From Raillietiella orientalis (lineage: Eukaryota): a stretch of DNA of 64,000 nucleotides. The notes below the pieces were generated by a model. It had not been told where the DNA came from and made no database searches. It worked only from the letters and a program-made list of their open reading frames with translations. The DNA lies in the NCBI GenBank assembly GCA_036172245.1, contig JAYWIR010000034.1:558001-622000 (forward strand). Reading direction: 5' to 3'. The translations under genes and the position numbers were made by a program. Below are positions 26,893 through 36,656 of the stretch, in pieces (the first letter of the stretch is position 1; each line of letters begins with the position of its first letter).

Positions 26893-29800
26893 TGTCTGTC
26901 TGCCTCCTTTCACTTTGTAATTCTCTCCAACCGAGGCTTATCTGTGCAGTCGCATTGCTACTTCTTTCCGGTCTTTTCCGGCGACGGCTACGAAGCAGTC
27001 AGCAGAGGCGACATCAAGAGACAGCCTTGCAAAGAAACGAAGCCAAGAGGCAGAATGGGAGTCAAGAAAATCCAACACGGCTAGTGGACGAGTGAGCTGG
27101 TCGACGCTGACATCCCACGGTTTCACGTCAAAGACAGGACCGTACTCCGGGTGCTCCCCGAAAAACAGATGCTCCCTGCCCTTTGCACAGACGTCTCTCT
27201 CTCAGTGGGAAGCACCAGACGGTGTTCTCTCGCCGCTGTAGCTTCCGCTGCAAAGAACGCTTGCACCTCGTTCCCAGGAAAATGGAGACATTGGACTGTT
27301 CCGGGTGCGGGGCGGTCGAATCGTTGCCTCCCCTGTAGCCGGACTGCGGTGACCTCGAAGAACAGCGGCAGCGGGGTGCTGGCTTCAGCGCTTCTTCGTC
27401 TGGAGGATAAGGACAGGAATTTGCCGCAGCGACTCTTTGCACGAGGCGGACTCGCCCGATGCTACGATCGGAGACGTTGACTTGAGTGCGCGCCATCGCG
27501 GCATTCACAGGAGCTACCCCTCCAGCAGCGGGAAGTCACCCGCCACATTGCGATCAGCAACAGTACGTCGTCTCCTGAAGGGAAAGACTTGAAGGCATAC
27601 GCAACTGGCAGCCGGTTACCGTTGTAAACGCGGACGCCAAGCTGCTAGCCAAACTGTGCGCTGAGCTTGTAAGCCGGTTGTCTGATTTGTGATTATCCCG
27701 AAGCAGACTTACTCTGTTCCCGGGCCAAGCGTGGAAGCCAACGTGCTATTCGCCAGCACATGGTTTCAGTTCCAACAAGAAAGCAGCACGATTGGCAGTT
27801 CGAACTCCGAGTCGTCCGTTGGTTTGGGGTGAGAGGATCGGGCGGTGGCAGTCGACTTGCGCAAGAAATTCGATTGCGCTGAGCAGGAACATCTACTGGA
27901 GCTCCTGGAACGCTCGGGTTTCCCGGCCACCTTAACGACCTATCTGGGTTCCTGCTGGCGCGGAACGCTGATCAACGTCTCTTTCAGCGGAGAGCATGTT
28001 CACAGGATGCCGCGGGATGAGGCAAAGCGACAGCCCTTTGCTCTTCAGCACCCATTCTGAAGCGGTGCTGAGGGCATTCAGGAATACTCTTGCTTCTCCA
28101 TCAAGTTCGCAGCCTGGCACTCCTTCGGCTCGTATTACGCCGACGATCTTCTGCTGCTGCTCCCCATGTCCACCCCGACTTCACTGCTCGATAGCTTCTT
28201 CGATTTGCTGAGTCGGACACAGGCTTGCAAGGGAACAGGGAGAGTTTCGTCGGTGGTACCGACTGGAGCAGCGTGGTCTGGACGGTCAGACTGGATTTCC
28301 TGGAGACCCTCATGAGCTGGAGCGTAACTTACCTTAGCTTTCCATTGGATGACTTCTGCGTTGCAGAATCCTGGTCCGGTCATCTTCAGGAGGCAGAACA
28401 GGCGCTCGGCCCGTTTCCAAGGAGGCAGACGCAACGAGCCACGGTGTGAAACACTTTTGTGGCTTTTCTTTTCCCCCTCCTTCTTTCTGTTTGTCCTCCT
28501 CCCAGAAGTTTTGAGACCTCCTCCGAATCGTCCAGTGGAGCAAAGGGAGATCAAGAGTCTGCCTGAAGCACTTGTGTGCTCCGCCGCACGATCGTGGTCT
28601 CGGCTTCCTGACGCTGGAGCTCCTGGAGCGGTAGCTCCAATGGAGAACTTTGGCCCCAGTGGCAAAGCTCTGGAGCAACGACTGGTGCGTACCGGCACGC
28701 TTCCTGGTCAGACGAGCCGCCGGCCGCAGATGCGTCACGGAGCTGCTGCAGCATATCCCATTGCGGGCTACAAGTGCGACGCGTAGTTGCACTGACCAGG
28801 GACACTGCCCGGATCTCCTGGCCCCGCGAACGCAGTGTCTGATTGCGAAAAACCGTTAGCACGTGTGCAAAGATCAACGAGCCAAGCCTGAAGTTACTGC
28901 CGCACTCCTTGTACAACGACTGCTCGCTGCAGAAGGCCATCGTGCATCCCATCGATTGTGTGTGGGCACGAAGGAGTTCCCTTGCCGCGGAGCTACCTTC
29001 CCTAATGAAGCATCTTGGCAGAAACCTACCGGCGAAATAGGAAGTCTTGTGCAAAGTTTCCTCCAGAAGTAGGATGACCACGGGTCAGCTGACTGATATC
29101 ACGATCTCAAGTCTCCAGTCAAACCGACTTGTGCGTTCGGGTGAGCTGCTGAGGATTCTCTGTCAGGACCTCGAGTGGCCCCCAGCGCTCTTGAACAACC
29201 GCACGCTCCCTCTCAAGGACAGGTGTCGGCGCCCATGCTGTTCCTCTGGGGCCTCTCATGCTGCGCGCGCCGACATCACTGGATCCGGGGATATGTGAAC
29301 CCGAATTGCTGCAGGTGTGGGGAACGTGAAACCTTCCTGCACCTGCTCGTGCTCTTTGTTGGCATTTAACCGTTGAGGAGACGCTTCACAGCGAGGATCC
29401 TCCGGACATCGTGTGGCAACTTCAGGGACTCACTGAGACCCTCCTTCGTGCGCGATGCATTGCCGCTGGCTGCATCGCTAGCAGCTCTTTGCCGCCCACG
29501 TGGCATTGAGGCTGCGTGGAGCGCCGCCAGTGGAGGAAGAAGCCGCACAGGTGCCATTCACGGTTTTTGCAAAAGGCAAGGAGATGACCCCACCTTGAGA
29601 AAACCCGTGAAGAACTTGCCAGCATCCTGGAGAGTATGAGATGGACGGTCTTTAGCAGGCAGTGATCCCTTCCCGTGCTTCTCCAGAGTTATAGATGGTT
29701 ACGTTTTGATTTTCGTTTTTTCCATCTCCTCTGCTGCTGAGGCCATCCTTTCCGGTCTGCGCACCGGTCACTTGGCAAGGCGTGACTGGGACTTGATAAG

Positions 29801-30087
29801 GCCAAAGATCTCATCCTATTGTAATGTTTATTGTTTCCAGGAAACGCTCAGGCGACTTCGGATGAAAAGCCTAGCAGCCGCCTGAGCGAAGACCTGCCGC
29901 AAGAAGTCTCTGAATAGCTGATGCACATCTTGAGGAGGCTGCAGGGCGTTTTTTTCTGTTTATTGTCTCTTCTCGTTCGTTTCGGACTCTCTGCTTGCCC
30001 GACCTGCGTATCGGTGAATCCATCCGCGGGCTTTCGTTTATTTCCCAAATTTTTCTTTGCTTGCTTTTCAAGGAATGAACGCCCAGG
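26893..30087 (+). mobile_element. Degenerate L1/Tx1-like element; copy 2 of the inverted duplication of 3390-6585
   Basis: Near-identical reverse complement of 3390-6585; the ORF track returns the same peptides on the opposite strand. YADD codons near 28138, zinc finger near 29300, cagtgatccctt ORF2 end at 29660. Confidence 0.9.
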
Positions 30088-31966
30088 AGCCATGGGATGG
30101 AAAAGAGGGGGTTATCGACATTGAACGGAGAGGTAGCAGCGTGCTGTAATGAACCGTGGGATGGAAAGTGCTATGAAATCTTGAGGGCACCTGAGATTCT
30201 TCACACGTATGCAGACCGCATGAAGGAAGCGTTGATGTATTCCAACGTTTTACGTATCCTAGATACATCGTGTGGATCATCAGATGCAAAGTGTGGTTCC
30301 CACTGTAGGCGAGAATGCAACGCCTCTGTCTTGGACGAAATAAGTAGGTAGACCTTGGTTTCGGATCTTGTTTACCCACGTTGGGGAGAGAGAAAGCTGC
30401 ACTGAAAACGATTGCCACGAATTCAGATGCATCCTGGTAACCAACCGGAAATTGTCCTTCGAATCGTCATCATTTTTGATGCCTTCCGTGCCTATGAAAA
30501 GAGACAGCTCTAGAGGAGGCGCGACGAAGGAAACTAAGAGAACTGACCCTTCCCTTGTCCTCTAGAGGAGCAAAGGCATTGTTAGAGGCGCGGTATCGAA
30601 GAAATCAACAGGAAGAATCTTAAGACGAATCAAGATCTCTCGCAAGCATGCATGATTGAGCATGGTAGACGCATGATGGGACGTTCCAGAAAACAGTACA
30701 GCCAGGATGCACCTCCGTTGGGTCACTGTCCCCATGAAGTATCTATATGGAGTCTTGAACGCTAACTAGGAGAGAACGAAATATGCAGTTCTCTTTGAAA
30801 GCGGAAATACAGCATTGGTCTCCAGGAACAAACAGATGAATTGCGGAAATGCTGAGAAAGTGACCCCGAAGATTTGCAAGGGACCTACTGCAAATACTCC
30901 AAGTTTTCGATCGTTCCCAAGTATCACGAGATCTACAGAAAAAGAAAGGAAAGAGCCATTTCTTCAAGCTGTAGACTGTTTTTAGGTAGCCATCTGCGCT
31001 GCATTAATGAGGGAAGCTTTCCCGGTAGGGACTTTCGATGTGAAAGAAAACATCGAATTTTTCTGTGTTCCTTTGTCGTACGAATTGACATCTCAGGAAC
31101 AGGCCGCGATTCGGTGATCCCATGAAGAACACAGTACTGTTGCCAAGTGGACAAGTAGACCTTATCCCAGGAGCTGTTCAGATGACACGGAGGGAAGGAA
31201 GGAGCAGGAAGAAGGCTGAAGGAAACCGGGAATGAAACGTAGTCGGCACAGAGGGGAAAATTTGATACGGTAGAAGATCCAATGAGCTCGTGCTCACATG
31301 GAGGATCGTGTCTCCATTGAGACTCGTCTGCAAAGCAGAGATTTGGAAAGCGTACACCCGTGTGATGGAGGGTTCAGCAGATGCAGTTATTGCTGCATTA
31401 AAGCGATGTGAGCAATGCAGGATGCGCATCGGCTCTCTACAAACAGTAACGGAAGACGATGAAAGCCTGGGACCATGCAGCAGCAGCGCCGATTTGCTGT
31501 CACGCCCCCACTGCCAACGAGACCCTATGACCGAATGAATTAACAAATACGAAGGAGTCCTTCACCATGACAACGCTCTGTATTCGCATTCCTTCCTGCG
31601 CTCCCTAATGATCATCTGATCGTCGATGAGGGAGAGGTTTGTTTGTTCGATTTGGGAGGAAAGGGGATGATTCGACAGAATCCCAAAGAATGCGAAAAGC
31701 GGGATTTTCTGTGCGGAATACCAATAGACATTTTTCAGGAGGTCCAGGACCCCCCATTCAGAAAGCAACACCTTCTCATCTTTAGCTCAGTACCTCCTGT
31801 TTTCCTTCATGTGAAACCGATCTACATCGGACTTCGATGACCGGACTACCTCACGTTATGCAGCCATCCACGAAATGGAGTTTCCAAGAGAAACAGAAGA
31901 CTCGATCCACAGGCAAGTCTCGTAAGTTAACTAAGCGCTGCTTCTCAAGTTAAGGCGAGGAAGCCT

Positions 31967-32550
31967 GGCCCACGTTGGCAGCAGTAGTTGTGATTGTGGT
32001 ATCCGCGTGTGGTACCAATCGTTGCGGGATCGAATCCCCACATGAAGGATCGGCGCCAAGAATGGAAGGTGAGTCGTGAGTTTCGAGTTCCCCCGCAGGA
32101 TGACGCTGGTTGGCTCGCGGGCTTTGAGTACGGCACAGGTGGAAACAGGATGCCTCCGTTGACTGACCACAATCCGAAGCTGGCCCTCTGGGGTCCTTCC
32201 TGGAATCAAGGAGGCGATTCCTTTCGAGGTTGTTCCCCTCCTGTTGTGGAAAGGGAGCTATTCCCTCCCCCTCTGGGGGACCTTCCATTGCATTCCATGG
32301 AGCTGTTGATGCCACTCCAGAGTGTCAAGTGCGTTGCTCCCTTCGGGGAGCGGTCCTTCAAAGAAAATTTGGAATGGAAGCTTCCCTTCGGGGTTTTCTT
32401 TGGGAAAGGAAACAAGGAGAGATTCCCTCTGCAGGGTTCCCTCGGGAGAATACCAGGGCTATGGTTTCCTTGGGGATTCCCACCCAAGCGTAAGAGAAAA
32501 TCAGGCTTTCTCTGGAGCCCTCCTGGATTCATAGGGTTGTCCCCCCCATA
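31967..32550 (+). mobile_element. Putative tRNA-derived SINE-like repeat, copy B
   Basis: Head ggcccacgttggcagcagtag (A-box-like) and gttgcgggatcgaatcccca (B-box-like GGATCGAATCC at 32027-32037). Body is homologous to 14870-15438. Confidence 0.5.
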
Positions 32551-33280
32551 ATGCCCACTATCTTGAAGAGTTGACAGGTACCTTCGAGTCGCGTGGAACA
32601 TGGTTTCGTGAGTCCCTAGGCGAACGGCTGGCTTTTGAGTATTTGGTGCAAAGAAAGCCTCCGTGTGGGACCACGAGCACCGCTCAAGTGCCCTGGTTCC
32701 ACGCTGAGTGGAATCTCTTGGTCATTGGTTCTTCGGAAGAGCGGTGTGCTGCGTTTCCGTGATCATGCTCACGGACTCGGAATGTCAGGCACGCTTGTGG
32801 GAAGCACAGAAACGCATGCTCGTAGCAATCTAGAGGATCTCTGTGGGCTAGGGATCGTGTCACGTGATCTTAAAGGAGCACGAAACAAACGGTGCGGAGG
32901 AAACGGACGGAACCACCTACACGGCGCACTCTTCACGTGCGGTTGCTTAGGCTCCTACATCCTAAATATGGTATTGGAAGTGTACCCTTATTCCCCCTTC
33001 CTACCCCTTCGTAGACGAAACTCATTTCCAGCACGTGCACATCACGTTATTCAGATATGAAATCTTGTCTGCATCTCTGGATTTGAGTGATCCACGAAAT
33101 ACAATACACAAATCTCCCTTCGCTACCCTAAATTAGTGTCGGAAGGCGCTCCAAACCACGAGCACACGTTGAAGGGATTTTTTTTCGTAAGGTCGGCCCC
33201 CACTTGCATGTGGTCACCTGGAGGTGTGTCGAGTAATGCATCTAAGAGCCTCTTCCAAAGTTCTAATCGCGATTCGTCAA

Positions 33281-34498
33281 ATTTTTTATTGCTTAGGTAT
33301 ACAATTCTACAAAGCGTTACAGGGGGACTCCTGACATATTTTTAGAATTCCTCCTCTGCTCATTTGGGGAGCCCGTCGCCCCTCAACATGTTGCTTCCTC
33401 AGCGCCTTTTCATCCGTCTCACGAGAGCTGACCGTTGGTCTTTTCCGTCTGTATCTGATTTTCGTTTCTTCGTGCGACGTGGGCTGCACAGAGTATTATC
33501 ACGAACTGCCTTTTCGGAATTCCAAGATCCTGCAGCACTTCTCCGTTACCTGGATCTCAGACTCCCAGGGAGTCAACGATAAAAGCGTGCACCCTGCATT
33601 GTTTCCCCTCTCCGCCTATCTAGAGGGCTACTTCCTTATACTTTTCCTGTTTGTTTCTTCTGGATGTGCTGAATGTCTCTCTTCCATCTTTGAATGAGCA
33701 GCAGGCGTCCAGCACTATTTTCCGGTTTCCTTTCTCCACCACTAAGTCCGATCTTCAGAGGAAATTCGTTCCTGGAGTTCTCTGGTTAGTGGGCACTAGG
33801 GTCCACTTTGCTTCATCCACCGCGGCCCTGCTGACCATTTCTTGGAATGCGCTATGTCGTGCAATGGGCAGGTGAGAGTGCCTCCTGCATCTGCTTGATG
33901 TATGAGGGAATGTTTCGTCTTCTGTCCAGCAGCGCCGACATGCGCGTTCTTCGGGTTCCATCCTGGGCCCAGCCCTAACTGGTAGGACGTTTAGATGGAA
34001 AAGATGAATAAATGCGTAGGATGAATCTGTAATCCTGGAACCTGAGAAATTCTCCATTGGTGAGTAAGAAGTGAGGCATGGTGCATGCCCACACACTGAA
34101 TGACTCTCTCTTGACTGAGGTGCTTTTGAACTAGGGATTGCCATGCAGTGCTCTCACATCAGAAGTAAACTTTCTGCTCATGATGCTGCTGAAGATGACG
34201 CCGTCGACCGTTATATCGGACTCTCCATCATTGAACTTCCAGCGGGCTTTTGTTCTTCTCGAGGCCCCTCATTTTTTGGACCAAAAGGCTCTTGGTATCT
34301 CTGCTGCGCTGTGCGAATTGCCCGGAGAAAGCCCTTGTCATGGAAAGTCCGAGATTCTCATCCTTTCTCGAACGAGCATTTTTTTCTGGACCACTTCCCT
34401 AAGCGTTTCCTGGGCCAATTTCTTCAGCGCGTTGTCTGGGAGATGAATAATTCGAAGCAGTTTCCAGTGGCGAACGTGTCGGATTTATTAGTCATTTG
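33281..34498 (-). mobile_element. 5'-truncated RLE-type (R2 group, NeSL/Utopia-like) non-LTR retrotransposon: post-RT domain, CCHC knuckle, restriction-like endonuclease, short 3'UTR
   Basis: Translation gives FIHLFHLNVLP...CRRCWTEDETFPHTSSRC...IARHSAF...L*RSDLVVEKGNRKIVLDACCSF...RRNKQEKY...VHAFIVDSLGV*DPGNGEVLQDLGI, the RH/PD..D/K..KY RLE signature. Upstream fragments SPDNALKKLAQETLREVVQKK and FWSKK*GASRR. Ends near aataaaaaa at about 33281-33290. Confidence 0.85.
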
Positions 34499-34591
34499 GC
34501 GTAATGATTTGCGCAAGTTAGTTCGTTGGTTGTATATCAAGATTTTGTTAATTATTCTGCGAGTGAGTTGCTTAGTCTTTGTAGGTTGTTG
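34499..34591 (+). repeat. Terminal direct repeat of the viral insert, left copy
   Basis: gcgtaatgatttgcgcaagttagttcgttggttgtatatcaagattttgttaattattctgcgagtgagttgcttagtctttgtaggttgttg; matches 36563-36656 with 5 substitutions and 1 indel. Confidence 0.95.
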
Positions 34592-35188
34592 TCTTTAGCT
34601 CAACAGTTTGAATTTGTTCGTCTTATTGGAGTAAGGTGGACTTTTGAACAATTATCGGAAAGTTATACTGATGAAAGTGAAGTTCCTATTGGATCGTTTA
34701 ATGTGGAAGGAAATTACAGTCATGTGAATTACGTTATATTGACTAATCCAGCTGAGGAGTAGCCTTTTAATAAGTTTTATGATTTGAAGTTTAGCGAATG
34801 TATGAAGAATTTTGCTTGGCATCACTTCATTCTTCTACAAGTTTAAGCAAAGGGATGAGTCTGCATATAGTAGATGTTGTGTGGAGAAGCAGATTGTATT
34901 GACCTCGAAGGGCGACTCTGTACTGTATATAGTCGTCCAAGATGTCCATGGTTAAGCACTGAAAAAACCACTGGAATAAACTCTTTCCTGCTGATCGGAC
35001 GTCCCATCATTTGTAAACACATCGTTGGATTTAAGGTACCAGCCGAGTGGACGCAAGACAAAACTATTAAAGAAGTCCAAGGGATTAACAAAAATGCACC
35101 AATGTTTCGAATTTGGAGAAAATTTTATTTTCAATTGAAGAGAGCCAGAGACATTAGATATTATAGAGAGGATACGTATTTGTTATGA
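34499..35188 (+). pseudogene. cap: CRESS virus capsid protein, central and C-terminal part
   Basis: VVYQDFVNYSASELLSLCRLLSLAQQFEFVRLIGVRWTFEQL...SRPRCPWLSTE...MFRIWRKFYFQLKRAR...YLL*. Resembles circovirus-type jelly-roll capsid motifs (F-YYRI-KVKV-F, PW, terminal YVQFR strand). Overlaps the N-terminal part via the terminal repeat; has internal stops. Confidence 0.75.
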
Positions 35189-36149
35189 CTGATTTGTAGT
35201 GTGTTTACTTCTTTCGTTGATGAAGTGGACTATCCATCTATCGAACTCATTTTTTCATACAGTGAGGATCCATGTTGGCGAAAATCATGACATGTGGACT
35301 TGGGAACATCTTTACATGTCCTTGACATTTTGTTGAGAATGGTATTCCATTTTTTATGGTTTCCATCAACCCATAATTTATCATCTCCTATACATCTTTT
35401 GTGAGGTCCATAATAACTATCTTCTGTCCATCGTACATATAAGTGGCATCAGCTTTTTTGCAGTTGTTCAAGTAAAGACCATCGTACTTTATACATATAT
35501 GTATATATATATATGTTTTGCAGCTGTTGTCTTGCCTGAATTGCCCTGATAGTCGGTGAGCCAGTGGATGTCTCTATCGTTTGGTTCAGTGGAAATGATG
35601 TCAATTAAATTCTTTTGCCATTGTGGTAAAGCCTTTCCTTCTATTGGATCTTGGTTTTAGAATTTTGGAGATCGAATGGTGTCGTTTGTGAATTGCCTAT
35701 GTTTGTCGTACACATCAGGCTTTCCTTTCCATATCCATTTCTCACTTTTTCCATTGTGTATCCAATCTTGTATCTGGAAATATCTGTTGTTGATAACTGT
35801 TTCAAATAGATATATTTGCACCTGTTTGTAGATGTTTGTTTTCATTTCCGTTTGTAGTCGTCCATATATCCAAAGGTTCTTTGTCTTCTTTCGTGCAGTA
35901 ATCTGCAGCTTGTTTTGGAGTTCCTCTGCTTGATTCTATGTGCGCTCGTCTGAATTCTATTCTATTTTTTTTAGTTTTGGTATTGCTGTCGGATCTACTA
36001 GTTGAAAGCATCCTTGGATATGTTTGGTTCCTTGGATGCCAATTTCTTTTGCTAGAATTGCATGAGAACATTTTTCTTTTAACTAGGTTTCAAGTAATTC
36101 TTCTTCGTTGTTAGTGTATGCACCAGTTGTTGCTCACAGCGTAAGGCAT
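35183..36149 (-). pseudogene. rep: CRESS virus replication initiator protein (HUH endonuclease plus SF3 helicase), pseudogenised
   Basis: ATG at 36149 (MPYAVSNNWC, degenerate motif I); motif II TKHIQGCF (36011-36022); AHIESSRGTPKQAADYCTKE motif III (35886-35900); WQKNLIDIISTEPNDRDIHWLTDYQGNSGKT Walker A (35528-35545); IVIMDL Walker B; INYGLMETIKNG..FSTK; PHVMIFAN motif C; DRW arginine finger; TAA at 35183-35185. Several stops and frameshifts. Confidence 0.95.
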
Positions 36150-36200
36150 CTTGTTTTGAGGGTGCTGGTTCGTACCCTGAGGTTGTATATAGTAGTTGTC

Positions 36201-36234
36201 AAGGTCAAGAGGATAGTATTACCCTCTTGACCTT
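36201..36234 (+). other. Rolling-circle replication origin stem-loop with nonanucleotide TAGTATTAC (36214-36222)
   Basis: aaggtcaagagg-atagtattac-cctcttgacctt: a perfect 12-bp stem with the canonical circovirus/nanovirus nonamer in the loop, lying between the Rep and Cap starts. TATATA at 36186-36191 lies on the Rep side. Confidence 0.96.
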
Positions 36235-36302
36235 TGAGTTGTTTACAAGTATTCTGCGTTGAGGAAAATTGATTCCCGGAAGGAGGGGGGGGTTATGTCG
36301 TG

Positions 36303-36656
36303 ATGGTGTATGTAACTCGTGGTAGATATCGTTCTTATCGAAGGCGTTTGTTGGCGTATCGTAATTTGAGGAGGCGACGTGCTGTCGCACGTCTCCGCAG
36401 ACGTAATTAAAGGTCGCGTAATTATCGTGGTCGTAATTATTTGCGTAAATTAGCTTGGACTGGTCCTTTGGTTCGTTTGTCTAGTAAATTGAAGCGTGGA
36501 TGTTTGGATGTTACAAAACGGCATATTGTGGTTACGGATACTGTGTATTTGAATTTTTTGAAGCGTAATGATTTTGCGCAAGTTAGTTCGTTGGTTGTAT
36601 ATCAAGATTTTGTTAATTATTCTGCGGGTGATCTGCTTGGTCTTTGTGGGTTGTTG
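36303..36656 (+). pseudogene. cap: CRESS virus capsid protein, Arg-rich N-terminal part
   Basis: MVYVTRGRYRSYRRRLLAYRNLRRRRAVARLRRRN*RSRNYRGRNYLRKLAWTGPLVRLSSKLKRG...VVYQDFVNYSAGDLLGLCGLL; a single premature TAA at 36408-36410 interrupts an RNY repeat. Confidence 0.88.
36563..36656 (+). repeat. Terminal direct repeat of the viral insert, right copy
   Basis: Matches 34499-34591 at an offset of 2064-2065 nt. Confidence 0.95.

Larger units (their letters stand above)
34499..36656. mobile_element. Endogenous CRESS DNA virus (Cressdnaviricota), complete circularly permuted ambisense genome of about 1.045 units
   Basis: AT-rich island containing Rep (-), Cap (+), an origin stem-loop with TAGTATTAC between the divergent starts, convergent overlapping stops, and terminal direct repeats about 2064 nt apart. 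Confidence 0.95.

Noticed and set aside
3390..30087. Giant DNA transposon or Polinton with 3.2-kb terminal inverted repeats
   Set aside because: The repeats are LINE ORF2 sequence, no TSD is visible, and no transposase, integrase or polymerase was recognised inside.
31967..32050. Functional tRNA gene
   Set aside because: Only A/B-box-like motifs; no convincing cloverleaf or acceptor stem, and it continues into a repeated body, so it is treated as a SINE head.
33200..33290. U2 snRNA or spliced-leader target site flanking the RLE element
   Set aside because: The 3' flank shows no recognisable U2 sequence; target specificity cannot be inferred.
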